A stretch of 64,000 nt of DNA from a virus. The stretch is taken from positions 32,001 through 96,000 of the IMG/VR virus record IMGVR_UViG_3300002461_000323; one strand, written 5' to 3'. Every line of letters begins with the position of its first letter. Position 1 is the stretch's first letter. The position numbers were made by a program, and so were the translations under genes. Below are positions 20,646-29,320 of the stretch, piece after piece. The notes under the pieces are model-generated. The model did no database searches, was not told the origin of the DNA, and was given only the letters and a program-made list of their open reading frames with translations.

Positions 20646-21025
20646 GCGCGATTTCGAAGTACCTGCGTCGGCAGATCGATGGGTTTGGCCGGGAGTACGT
20701 GAGCTACTACTGCCAGGGGTGCAAGGAGGCACACTCGGTGACCGTCTTCCAGCCCGAGGGTGTCAAGGGTCCGGTGTGGGCCTGGAACCGGGATGTGCTG
20801 CGCCCGACGTTCAGCCCGAGCGTGCTCGTGCGCCGTGGCGGTGCGATCGACCCGACGTTCGTCAAGGAAGAGGGTGACCCTCCGAACGTCTGCCACACGT
20901 TCATCACCGACGGCCAGGTGCAGTTCCTGGGCGACTGCGACCACGAGTTCGCGGGCACGACCCAACCGCTGCTGCCCTTCCGGCTATTCGGCGACCAGGT
21001 GTCTGATGGGGATGAGCCCGTATGA
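20642..21025 (+). CDS. DUF6527-like Cys/His metal-binding protein
   Basis: CQGCKEAH, WAWNRDVLRPTFSPSVL, CHTFITDGQVQFLGDCDH motifs. Confidence 0.75.
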   Translation: MSAISKYLRRQIDGFGREYVSYYCQGCKEAHSVTVFQPEGVKGPVWAWNRDVLRPTFSPSVLVRRGGAIDPTFVKEEGDPPNVCHTFITDGQVQFLGDCDHEFAGTTQPLLPFRLFGDQVSDGDEPV

Positions 21026-21255
21026 GCGCGATCTCAGACCTGCGCAAGCTCGTCCAGCCCAAGGGCCAGGCGTACGAGATCGGTGAGGTCGTGGTCGTCG
21101 AGGCCACGCGGGTGATCGTGCGCGTGGGAAGCCGTGCAATCAATTGCAGCACGCTCGTACCCGTGATTGCCGGTGACAGCGTGCGCGTACAAGGCCTGCT
21201 GATCGTCAGCAAACAGCAGAACATCGCGAACTCCGTGCCGGTCTTCCGGGTCTGA
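21022..21255 (+). CDS. Small OB-fold-like tail/spike-associated protein
   Basis: 77 aa; GEVVVV..VIVRVG..AGDSVRV pattern. Confidence 0.4.
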   Translation: MSAISDLRKLVQPKGQAYEIGEVVVVEATRVIVRVGSRAINCSTLVPVIAGDSVRVQGLLIVSKQQNIANSVPVFRV

Positions 21256-21257
21256 GC

Positions 21258-23933
21258 ATGCCCATCCACTTCATCGACCCGGCAACCGGCAACGACGCGA
21301 ACAACGGCCTTGGCTGGGCCACCCCGTGGAAGACCACGAATCCGCTGACCGCTCTCTACCCCGGGTCGGCGGTATCCGACCTCGAACTCCGGTTCGCGAA
21401 GACTCCCAAGCTGTACGACAGTTCGTTCTTCCTGCAGTCGCTGGCAGCCACCAACTACTTCGGCGGGTACGGCGCGGGCTTGAACCCCACAGCCGTAAAC
21501 CATTTGAGCGGCAACACGATCCTCGACAACAACACGGCGATCACAACCGCCTTGAACTTCGTGATGGTTGCCCCGTTTACGTCTACGAACGGCAGCGGTT
21601 CCGGCTCGTACATGAAGCAGTTCACAGTCCCGATCGGAGCCACTGGCAGGGCCGCGTACTTCACGACCGGCACGACCCGCAACCTGGCTACCCTTGGCCT
21701 TGAAGCCATTGAAATGTGGTGCTCGCTGGCGACCTCCGGCAACACCGACACCACGAACCTGACAGCCGCGCTCCACCTGTGCTCGGACACCGTGGGCGTG
21801 ACCACGATCGTCAGCTACCCGTTGACCATCGGAGTCTCCCAGTTCCGGAACGTGCTGAATGTCCTGGGCACCGGCGCATTGCCGGACGGAGTGAACTCGG
21901 TGGCGCTGTACGTGACGAACAACACGGGTGTCGCCCACACGCTGTACATCAGCCAGATCATGGCGGTCCCGCCTGTGGCCTCGGCCACGTACACGGGCTT
22001 CCGGGCCTTCGCCATCCCCAACCACACACCCGGCCAGTGCCTGCAAATCTCTTCGATCTCGGGTGCGAGCGTGTTCTGCGCGGGAATCGAGACCGGCAAC
22101 TGGCGATTCATCCTCGGAGCCGCGAATGCCACCTGGGCTGTCTACGCGGCGACCCCGGTAACACCCACGGGCATCAAGTTCCCGAACGCTCAGTTCGTAG
22201 GCACCGAGGCCTCTCCGATCATCATCCGGGGCGGCTTCAACAAGACCACGGGCGAGGTCGATGGGCTGACCGCGATCGATGCCGACCAGATCAAGCTGTT
22301 CGGACCGTCCGTGCTCCGGGTAGCGGTCGTCATTCAGGACATCGCGGTCGCGTTCGCCAGGGACGACAAGATCAACACCGGTAACCGTAGCTGCATCATG
22401 GGTGGTGGGTTCAACAACCTGCTGCCGCTGTATTACAACGTCTCGGGCTCTAGCATCGCCAGGTGCTACAGCAGTCCGAACGGGCCGCCCTCACTGGGGG
22501 CCGGGGGCTTCAACGGCGCGTACAACCGACATGCCGGGTTCCTGGAGGTCAGGCAGTCCACGTTCTCAAACGAGTACATTCGAAACGTCTCGGTAATCGG
22601 TGGCAACTACTGGGGTCCGCCCATCCGTGGTGGTGGTTTCGTGAACGGCCCGACACCCGCTGAGACGCCGATAACCCCGATCTTCGCAAACGCCACCTTC
22701 TGCTCTGGGTTTGACTTCAGTGCGGTCACGGACGCGCAGAACCTGGTGATCTACGAGGGCAAGACCGGCCCGAACGTGGTCGGCCTGGAGTTCAAGAACT
22801 GCGGGTTCTACGCGTCTGGCACGACCACGACCGGCGTGGCACTCACCAGCCCGACGTTCACTGACTGCAGCTTCCACGGCGCGTACACCGTGCCCTCGAA
22901 CGGGCTGTTCGTCCGCCCACGGTTCGAGCCCTACCTGTACCTGCAAGGGATCATGATCCAGGGCACGAGTTCGACCGCCCTGCTTGAACTCGTGGACATC
23001 CAGACCCCGATCAGCACGTACAACAGCCCTCAGAACTTCATTGAAGGCGGCTTCTACAGGATCACCATCCGGGACACCGTGTGCAGTCTCCGGTACCCGC
23101 GTCTGATCAACATCCAGCCGCTGTACACGTCGAACATCGACTGCGCGGTCAACCTCAAGAACACGACGATCACGACCCTGCACAACGCACCGGCCGCATT
23201 CGCGTCGTTCGCCGGAAGTTTCCAGGACACCCGGTACCGGCTCGTCTTGGATAACGTGGTGGTCGGCGGCCCTTGGACGACCCTGGTGTCAGGTAACCTG
23301 CCGACGATCCTGACCAACAACGTGGTGCTCGACAACCCGGTTACCAAGGTCGCAGACGCGTTCCAGTTCAAGGGCCAGATATTCGGCTCGGGTGAGGTCA
23401 GCGCGTACTTCGGCGGGGTCACCACCGGCAACCTCACACCGCTTGGCACGCCGGTTACCGGTGCGATCAGGAGCAGCGCTGGCACGTTCAAGCGCAGCAA
23501 CGGCAACCTCGTGATGTTCACCACCGCCTACCAGGTGGAGAAGGACTTCGGGTTGAAGATCGACGGCCAGTTCAGTTGGCGGATGACCCTCAGCCAGAAC
23601 GTGGGCTCCGGTATCATCGGGAGCATGCGGGTGGGTATGTTGACTCTCCGTGCGGGCGCACAGGTGATGATCAGGGCGAAGATTCAGCGGGCGTCCGCTG
23701 GTGCGCAGGGACAGCTAAGGCTCCGGCCGCTGGGCACCAAGGACTACCCGACGTCCGGGCTGCAGACGCTCGATCACGACGTCGTGACTCCGTTGCTGAC
23801 GCTCCTGAACACCTGGGAGACGCGGGAAATCCTGTACACGCCTGCCCGCACGGCGGTTGTCGAGGTCTTCATGTGCGTGTTCGGCATATCCGGCACGCAG
23901 GTCTGGTTTGATCAAGTAGAGGTGCTGCAGTAA
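21258..23933 (+). CDS. Receptor-binding/tailspike-like protein 1 (beta-helix-like)
   Basis: N-terminal FIDPATGNDANNGLGWATPWKT, typical of pectin-lyase-fold proteins; 891 aa. Confidence 0.65.
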   Translation: MPIHFIDPATGNDANNGLGWATPWKTTNPLTALYPGSAVSDLELRFAKTPKLYDSSFFLQSLAATNYFGGYGAGLNPTAVNHLSGNTILDNNTAITTALNFVMVAPFTSTNGSGSGSYMKQFTVPIGATGRAAYFTTGTTRNLATLGLEAIEMWCSLATSGNTDTTNLTAALHLCSDTVGVTTIVSYPLTIGVSQFRNVLNVLGTGALPDGVNSVALYVTNNTGVAHTLYISQIMAVPPVASATYTGFRAFAIPNHTPGQCLQISSISGASVFCAGIETGNWRFILGAANATWAVYAATPVTPTGIKFPNAQFVGTEASPIIIRGGFNKTTGEVDGLTAIDADQIKLFGPSVLRVAVVIQDIAVAFARDDKINTGNRSCIMGGGFNNLLPLYYNVSGSSIARCYSSPNGPPSLGAGGFNGAYNRHAGFLEVRQSTFSNEYIRNVSVIGGNYWGPPIRGGGFVNGPTPAETPITPIFANATFCSGFDFSAVTDAQNLVIYEGKTGPNVVGLEFKNCGFYASGTTTTGVALTSPTFTDCSFHGAYTVPSNGLFVRPRFEPYLYLQGIMIQGTSSTALLELVDIQTPISTYNSPQNFIEGGFYRITIRDTVCSLRYPRLINIQPLYTSNIDCAVNLKNTTITTLHNAPAAFASFAGSFQDTRYRLVLDNVVVGGPWTTLVSGNLPTILTNNVVLDNPVTKVADAFQFKGQIFGSGEVSAYFGGVTTGNLTPLGTPVTGAIRSSAGTFKRSNGNLVMFTTAYQVEKDFGLKIDGQFSWRMTLSQNVGSGIIGSMRVGMLTLRAGAQVMIRAKIQRASAGAQGQLRLRPLGTKDYPTSGLQTLDHDVVTPLLTLLNTWETREILYTPARTAVVEVFMCVFGISGTQVWFDQVEVLQ

Positions 23934-26533
23934 TGGCTGACTACCACGTAGACCCGGCCACCGGGGTGGACACGAACACCGGGGCATCCTGGGCTCAGGC
24001 CTGGAAGACGCCGAACGGCCTGCGCGTGAACTCTGTGGTCATGGTCGCGGGCGACCGCCTGAAGTTCGCGAAGTCGGTGATGACGACCGGCAACACCGGG
24101 GATACCGTGCAGTTCCCGACGTTCACAGGCCAAGGCATCACGTTCTTCGGCAGTGCCGCCTGGACGTACATTTCTCGGCGCTCGACCACGGCCACGAACT
24201 TCCCGAGCCCACGGTACTTCAACGGCACCTGGCAGACATCGCTGACCTGGCAGTTCTTCACCGCGAACTTCTACCCGTTCGAAGGCAGGTCAACTACCGG
24301 GCTGTTCAACCCCCCGAGCCGTCGCCTGGCCTACCAGTTCGCTTCGAACCTGAACTTCAACGGTCTCCGCACGGTCTGGATGTGGTTCCGGGTGAGCGTG
24401 CCGTACACGGGAGCCGGGGACATCGACGTACCCCCTGGCACGTTCTCTATCCTGCTGTGTTCGGACGGCGCGGGACTGACCCCGTTGCTGACGATCCCGG
24501 TGGACGTGTGGATCAAGAACACCGGAGAGTGGGCGTGCGTGCGCTACGAGCATCCCGCTGACTTCACGACCCTCGGAGCGGTGAACTCGGTCGCCGTTCA
24601 CCGGACCGCCCAGACGTTGAACCGGGACAACACGGGGTTCGGCCTCACCTGGAGCCCGCTGCTGTTCGGGCGCACGGCCATCCAAGACCACTCCCTAGAC
24701 TACGTGTTCAAGGTGCCAGACGTTCGTCCTAGCCCGGCCATCCAACCGGACGCCGTGCTGGTCAACCCGTTCTGCCTGGCTGAGATAATGTACCCGGTGC
24801 ACGGGATGACCGGATCGAACATCGGGTACACGATCCCCACCCAGTACAGCGCAAGCAACACGTTGACGCTCGCCGACCGGTACACGGCCTTCCCAGTGCC
24901 TCCGTCGGGTCAGTACGGTCTCGGGTACGTGGGGGCCGCCAACTGGCCGTTCGCAGCCCCGACATCCACCGGCGCTTTCGACCTGAACGGCAGCGCGGGC
25001 GGCACCCTCGCTCAGCCGGTGACGCTGGAAGGTGGTTGGAACACCGCGACCGACGTCGTTGACGGGGCCACCGTGTACACCGGGCGCACACCCCAGGAGT
25101 ACGGGCACACGGCTGCGCTGTTCGACCTGCAGAACGCTGAGCACGTGGTGATCAAGAACATCGGTGCGATCTACGGGTTTGGACGGTTGATCGACCGCGC
25201 CAGGACGATCACGCTCGACCGCTGCCACCTGCCGTACTCTCACAGGGGCGGGGTGAACACGCTGCCGCCGTTGGGCACACCCAGCACTGCAATCAATTGC
25301 ACGATGAAGAACATGATGGTCCCGAACTACACGTTCGAGTACATCGGGGTGATCGGCAACCTCACGCTTCAGAACTTCTTTGCCAACACGTTCGAAGACC
25401 GCAGCCCTCTGCAGTACGTGGAGGTCGAGAACCTGGTGATGGACGCCGCGTACGTGGGCCGCCGCAACAACACGGACGTCTACACCTGGCACTTCTCTGT
25501 CCGTGGTGATGCCGAGCTTGCGAACACCACGATCATCTACCCCCCGAGGATCGTCAATCGGTCCAACTTCGGGCGCACGATGACCATCCGCAACCTCTGG
25601 ACATGGAGTCAGTACGTGTCTCAGGGCTACCGGCTGGTGCCGACACTCCCGGACAGCCGTTGGGACACGATCGTCTACCGTAACAACGGCAGCTACAACG
25701 GCGATTGGGCACCCGGCAGCACGACCCTGCCTGCCTCGTGTGACCGCAGGATCGAGTTCAGAGACAACACGAACAGCATCCTCGTGAACGATACGTTGCT
25801 GGGCAGCCAGTTCGCGAACACCGAGGCCGCGCAGTTGGTGGGCTCAGTCAAGACGCTGACAGCCGGGTTCTACTCGTTCTCCCTCGCCCCGAACAATAGC
25901 AGCACCGGCACCACCCCAGGCCTGCGGGCTTACTCGTATGCCTACCGGTTTCAGCTTGGCGGGAGCAATTTCTCCGATCGCTGGGCTCCTCTGGCGTCTA
26001 CCGAGCCATCGATCCCACAGGATGTGGACTTCGTGTTCGTGGGCTCAAACGCAGCGGCTATACTGCCCCGCAGTCCTGCCATCTTCTTCAGGTCGGCCCA
26101 AGACTACTTCCTGCTCGTCAGCTACTCTTCTGGCTACCCCGGCTCTGCGGTGGCGACCGCCTACGTTGAGGGCGGGAAGAACTACAAGTTCAAGCTCGGA
26201 TGCCAGTACCGCAACCTATCGATACAGAACAATGCCAGCGGTGCGCCTCCCTGGTACAACGTGTTCTCCGACAACTTTTCGTGCACTGAGCCGGTGGAGC
26301 ACTTCAAGATCGTGATCCGGGGTCCGGGCGTGGTCGCTGGCGTGGACCTGGTGATCCCGTACTTGGACGGCCCGTACAATGAGTTCTCGAACACCGCCCG
26401 CAACGACTGGCGTGATCTGGAGTTCCCGTTCTCGACAATCGCTGAGGGAGAGGTCACAATCTACCTGTATGCGACGTTGAGCAACAACAGCATCGCCGTG
26501 ATCATCGACAAGGCAGAAGTGGAGCTTGCATGA
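23933..26533 (+). CDS. Receptor-binding/tailspike-like protein 2 (paralog of 21258)
   Basis: N-terminal YHVDPATGVDTNTGASWAQAWKT; shares FAKS/T, LCSD and GG(W/F)N..T..VDG motifs with 21258. Confidence 0.65.
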   Translation: MADYHVDPATGVDTNTGASWAQAWKTPNGLRVNSVVMVAGDRLKFAKSVMTTGNTGDTVQFPTFTGQGITFFGSAAWTYISRRSTTATNFPSPRYFNGTWQTSLTWQFFTANFYPFEGRSTTGLFNPPSRRLAYQFASNLNFNGLRTVWMWFRVSVPYTGAGDIDVPPGTFSILLCSDGAGLTPLLTIPVDVWIKNTGEWACVRYEHPADFTTLGAVNSVAVHRTAQTLNRDNTGFGLTWSPLLFGRTAIQDHSLDYVFKVPDVRPSPAIQPDAVLVNPFCLAEIMYPVHGMTGSNIGYTIPTQYSASNTLTLADRYTAFPVPPSGQYGLGYVGAANWPFAAPTSTGAFDLNGSAGGTLAQPVTLEGGWNTATDVVDGATVYTGRTPQEYGHTAALFDLQNAEHVVIKNIGAIYGFGRLIDRARTITLDRCHLPYSHRGGVNTLPPLGTPSTAINCTMKNMMVPNYTFEYIGVIGNLTLQNFFANTFEDRSPLQYVEVENLVMDAAYVGRRNNTDVYTWHFSVRGDAELANTTIIYPPRIVNRSNFGRTMTIRNLWTWSQYVSQGYRLVPTLPDSRWDTIVYRNNGSYNGDWAPGSTTLPASCDRRIEFRDNTNSILVNDTLLGSQFANTEAAQLVGSVKTLTAGFYSFSLAPNNSSTGTTPGLRAYSYAYRFQLGGSNFSDRWAPLASTEPSIPQDVDFVFVGSNAAAILPRSPAIFFRSAQDYFLLVSYSSGYPGSAVATAYVEGGKNYKFKLGCQYRNLSIQNNASGAPPWYNVFSDNFSCTEPVEHFKIVIRGPGVVAGVDLVIPYLDGPYNEFSNTARNDWRDLEFPFSTIAEGEVTIYLYATLSNNSIAVIIDKAEVELA

Positions 26534-26724
26534 GCGAGAACAGAATACAGGCGCGTCCGGGCGCGAGCCTGAAGGTCACCGAGAAGGTGGTGGGGCTGGT
26601 CCCCGCACCTGCAGCCGTCGAGGCCCCGCCGAAAGAGCCCGAGGCGAAGAAGCCGAAGAAGCGGGTGATCGTGGGCTTCGACGCCGAACAGTTCAATAAC
26701 CGGAGAATCCTATGTCAGCGTTGA
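26530..26724 (+). CDS. Small hypothetical protein
   Basis: 64-aa ORF overlapping both neighbours. Confidence 0.35.
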   Translation: MSENRIQARPGASLKVTEKVVGLVPAPAAVEAPPKEPEAKKPKKRVIVGFDAEQFNNRRILCQR

Positions 26725-27155
26725 GCAACTACCTTGAGAACAAACTGATCGACGCGCTGTTTCGCAGCGTGCCGTTCACTGGGCCGACCACCGTGTACTT
26801 CGGGCTGTTCACTGGCAGTCCGACCGATGTCGGTGGCGGCACCGAGGTCACGGGCGGATCGTATGCACGAGTGGCCGTGGGCGCGAACTCCGGCAACTTC
26901 TCGGCCACCAACGCTCCAGATAGCACGAACAGTCCAAGCTCTGGTCAGTCCGGCACGTCGTACAACCTGGTGGACATCCAGTTTCCGGCACCTACAGCCA
27001 ACTGGGGGCTGATCGTCGCCATGGCTGTTTTCGATGCGCCCACGGGCGGTAACATGCTGGTGTACGGGGCGGTGACTCCGAACAAGACGATCAACAGCGG
27101 CGACCTGCCTCCGAAGTGGGCGATCGGCCAGTGGGCCTTGCAGTTGGACAACTGA
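26712..27155 (+). CDS. Small tail fibre-associated protein (paralog family B)
   Basis: MSALSNYLENKLID..GTEVTGGSYARV..FPAPTANWG..QLDN. Confidence 0.75.
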   Translation: MSALSNYLENKLIDALFRSVPFTGPTTVYFGLFTGSPTDVGGGTEVTGGSYARVAVGANSGNFSATNAPDSTNSPSSGQSGTSYNLVDIQFPAPTANWGLIVAMAVFDAPTGGNMLVYGAVTPNKTINSGDLPPKWAIGQWALQLDN

Positions 27156-27595
27156 TGGCCGCGCTAACGAACTTCGCTGAGTTGTCGCTCCTGAACTGGA
27201 TGTTTCGTGGGGCGGCCATGGCGTTCGCGGGCTCGACCGCAGGGGCAGGCTCAGGACCAGCCAACTTCTACGCCGGGCTGTTGACGGTCGCGGCCTCGGA
27301 CAGCAGCGCAGGCACGGAGGTGGTTGGCGGCTCGTACGCCCGGGCAGCGATCCCGAGTGTCAACGGAAGCTGGAACGTCAACGGGATCACCGGGATTGTC
27401 AGCAATGCCCAGGTCGTGGCGTTCCCGGCCCCGACAGCCAACTGGGGTACGTGCGTTGGCTTCGGCTTGTACGACAGCCCCACGGGCGGCAATCTGATCG
27501 CCTACAGCCTGTTGACCGAGAGCAAGGTCGTGAACTCCGGGGACGCAGCCCCAGACTTCTCCATCGGAGCACTCTCGTTCCAACTGGACGACTGA
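27155..27595 (+). CDS. Small tail fibre-associated protein (paralog family B)
   Basis: MAALTNFAE..GTEVVGGSYARA..FPAPTANWG..QLDD. Confidence 0.75.
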   Translation: MAALTNFAELSLLNWMFRGAAMAFAGSTAGAGSGPANFYAGLLTVAASDSSAGTEVVGGSYARAAIPSVNGSWNVNGITGIVSNAQVVAFPAPTANWGTCVGFGLYDSPTGGNLIAYSLLTESKVVNSGDAAPDFSIGALSFQLDD

Positions 27596-27606
27596 CCTGC
27601 AATTGA

Positions 27607-27635
27607 TTGCACGGTGGACAGCCGGGAGGTAGACT
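27607..27635 (+). promoter_or_regulatory. Possible sigma70 promoter whose -35 overlaps a palindrome copy
   Basis: TTGCAC(27607-12)-N17-TAGACT(27630-35), intergenic, upstream of 27661. Confidence 0.35.
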
Positions 27636-27660
27636 CACGGCTACCGCACAAGGACCACCG

Positions 27661-27927
27661 ATGAAAGTCAAGAAGGACCCGAACGCAGTTCTGGATTACA
27701 CCTGGAACTGGAGCGCCTGGCTCGGGGCGGACACCATCTTGGCCGCGTCTTTCGAGACCACAGGCGGTCTGGTGGTTGATGCTCAGGTGGTCAACGGCCC
27801 TCTGGTCACCGCCTGGGTGTCGGGCGGGACCGCCGAAGAAGGCACGGTTACCTGCCGGATCACCACAGCCGGACTGCCTGCGCGGATCGACGACCGCACC
27901 CTGATTTTCCAGATCGTTCAGCGTTAA
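27661..27927 (+). CDS. Fibre-tail adaptor-like small protein
   Basis: KKDPNAVLDYTWNWSAWL..TAWVSGG..VTCRITT..DDRT motif pattern. Confidence 0.65.
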   Translation: MKVKKDPNAVLDYTWNWSAWLGADTILAASFETTGGLVVDAQVVNGPLVTAWVSGGTAEEGTVTCRITTAGLPARIDDRTLIFQIVQR

Positions 27928-27958
27928 ACTCTCACCCATCATCCACTAGGAGCACTCC

Positions 27959-28429
27959 ATGGCCGCCCTCTCGAACTTCCTCGAAAACAAACTGATCGAC
28001 TGGCTCCTGCGTGCGCAGGCAATCGGCATCACCGGCGCGTCTGCAGCCGCTGGCACCGGTCCCGTGAACGTCTGGGTCGGGCTGTTCACCGCCAACCCCA
28101 CGGACGCTGCTGGTGGTACGGAAGTCGCTGGCGGTTCGTACGCTCGCGTTCAGGTGACGTCTGCTCTCACCGCATGGGCGGGTACCCAGGCTGCTGCCTC
28201 GACCGTGGCATCCTCGGGCACTGGTGGCACGACCTCGAACAACAACCCGATCACCTTCCCAGCGCCAACCGCAAACTGGGGTGTGATCACCGGCTTCGGC
28301 CTGTTCGACGCAGTCACGGGCGGAAACCTGCTGATCTACGGCGCGATCACCCCGAACAAGACGGTGAACAACGGTGACGCGGCTCCTGCGTTCTCGGCTG
28401 CCCAGTTGAGCATCCAACTCGACGACTAA
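27959..28429 (+). CDS. Small tail fibre-associated protein (paralog family B)
   Basis: MAALSNFLENKLID..GTEVAGGSYARV..FPAPTANWG..QLDD; strong SD. Confidence 0.75.
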   Translation: MAALSNFLENKLIDWLLRAQAIGITGASAAAGTGPVNVWVGLFTANPTDAAGGTEVAGGSYARVQVTSALTAWAGTQAAASTVASSGTGGTTSNNNPITFPAPTANWGVITGFGLFDAVTGGNLLIYGAITPNKTVNNGDAAPAFSAAQLSIQLDD

Positions 28430-28501
28430 CCGGCTTGAGTCCCGTCCAGGCTTGTCTTGGCGGGCTCAGCCCGTGTTGAACAAGAACTGAACGGGACTCC
28501 C

Positions 28502-29317
28502 ATGGCAATCACCACACGCGACCAACTGATCAACGCTCTGGCGAACAACACGAGCCGGGTCGTCTGGGACAAGGCCTCGCTCGCCAACGCGGCGGCAGGC
28601 TTCGTCTTCAGTCTCTGGCGGGCGACCGGTACCCCTGGTCAAGGTGCGATCCCGACCACCGCTGCAACGTGCGTCAACGGCCTGCTCGGGTCCATTGGCT
28701 TCACCAACCAGACGCTACCGGTCACCAGCTATTACGCCTGGCAGACGGTCACTGGCGGTAACGCGACAGCCAACGTCGAAATCCACGACCGGCTTGCTCA
28801 CATGGGCGGTCTGAGCGGAATTGTCACCACCGCACAGGGCGCACTCAGCCTGATCACCAACGATCCCGGGGCTGATCGCCGTGGTGACGCCAACTATTCG
28901 GGCATTCAGTGGTGGCTGGAGTGGTACACGGATACCGGCGCAACCGCGTCCAACGCAACCGTGAACGTGACCTACGATGACGCGAGCACTGGTAACCTGG
29001 CGGTCATCGCCGTCGGCGGCACTGTGCGTGCTGGCCGGATGCTCCCGCTTATCTCGGCAGTCTCTGGCCGGTTCATTCGCTCGGTCAACAGCGTGACCCT
29101 GAGCGCGTCCACCGGCACCGCAGGCAACTTCGGCATCACCGCCACCCGTCCGCGTACGGCTGTCAGCACGTTGCTGGCGAACAAGACCGAGAACTACGAT
29201 TGGGCTCAGCTTGGCCTGCCTGAGATTCCGAACAACTCCTGCTTGCAGATGGTCATGCTGTGCTCGACCACGAGCACGGGCACGGTGCGTGGACAGGGCA
29301 AGATCGCACACGGGTAA
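28502..29317 (+). CDS. Virion structural protein
   Basis: 271 aa, Gly/Ala/Thr-rich, in the fibre cluster. Confidence 0.5.
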   Translation: MAITTRDQLINALANNTSRVVWDKASLANAAAGFVFSLWRATGTPGQGAIPTTAATCVNGLLGSIGFTNQTLPVTSYYAWQTVTGGNATANVEIHDRLAHMGGLSGIVTTAQGALSLITNDPGADRRGDANYSGIQWWLEWYTDTGATASNATVNVTYDDASTGNLAVIAVGGTVRAGRMLPLISAVSGRFIRSVNSVTLSASTGTAGNFGITATRPRTAVSTLLANKTENYDWAQLGLPEIPNNSCLQMVMLCSTTSTGTVRGQGKIAHG

Positions 29318-29320
29318 GGT

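Noticed and set aside
28432-28482. Imperfect hairpin after the 27959 gene
   Set aside because: Bulged stem without a U-tract; not enough support for a terminator or ncRNA call.
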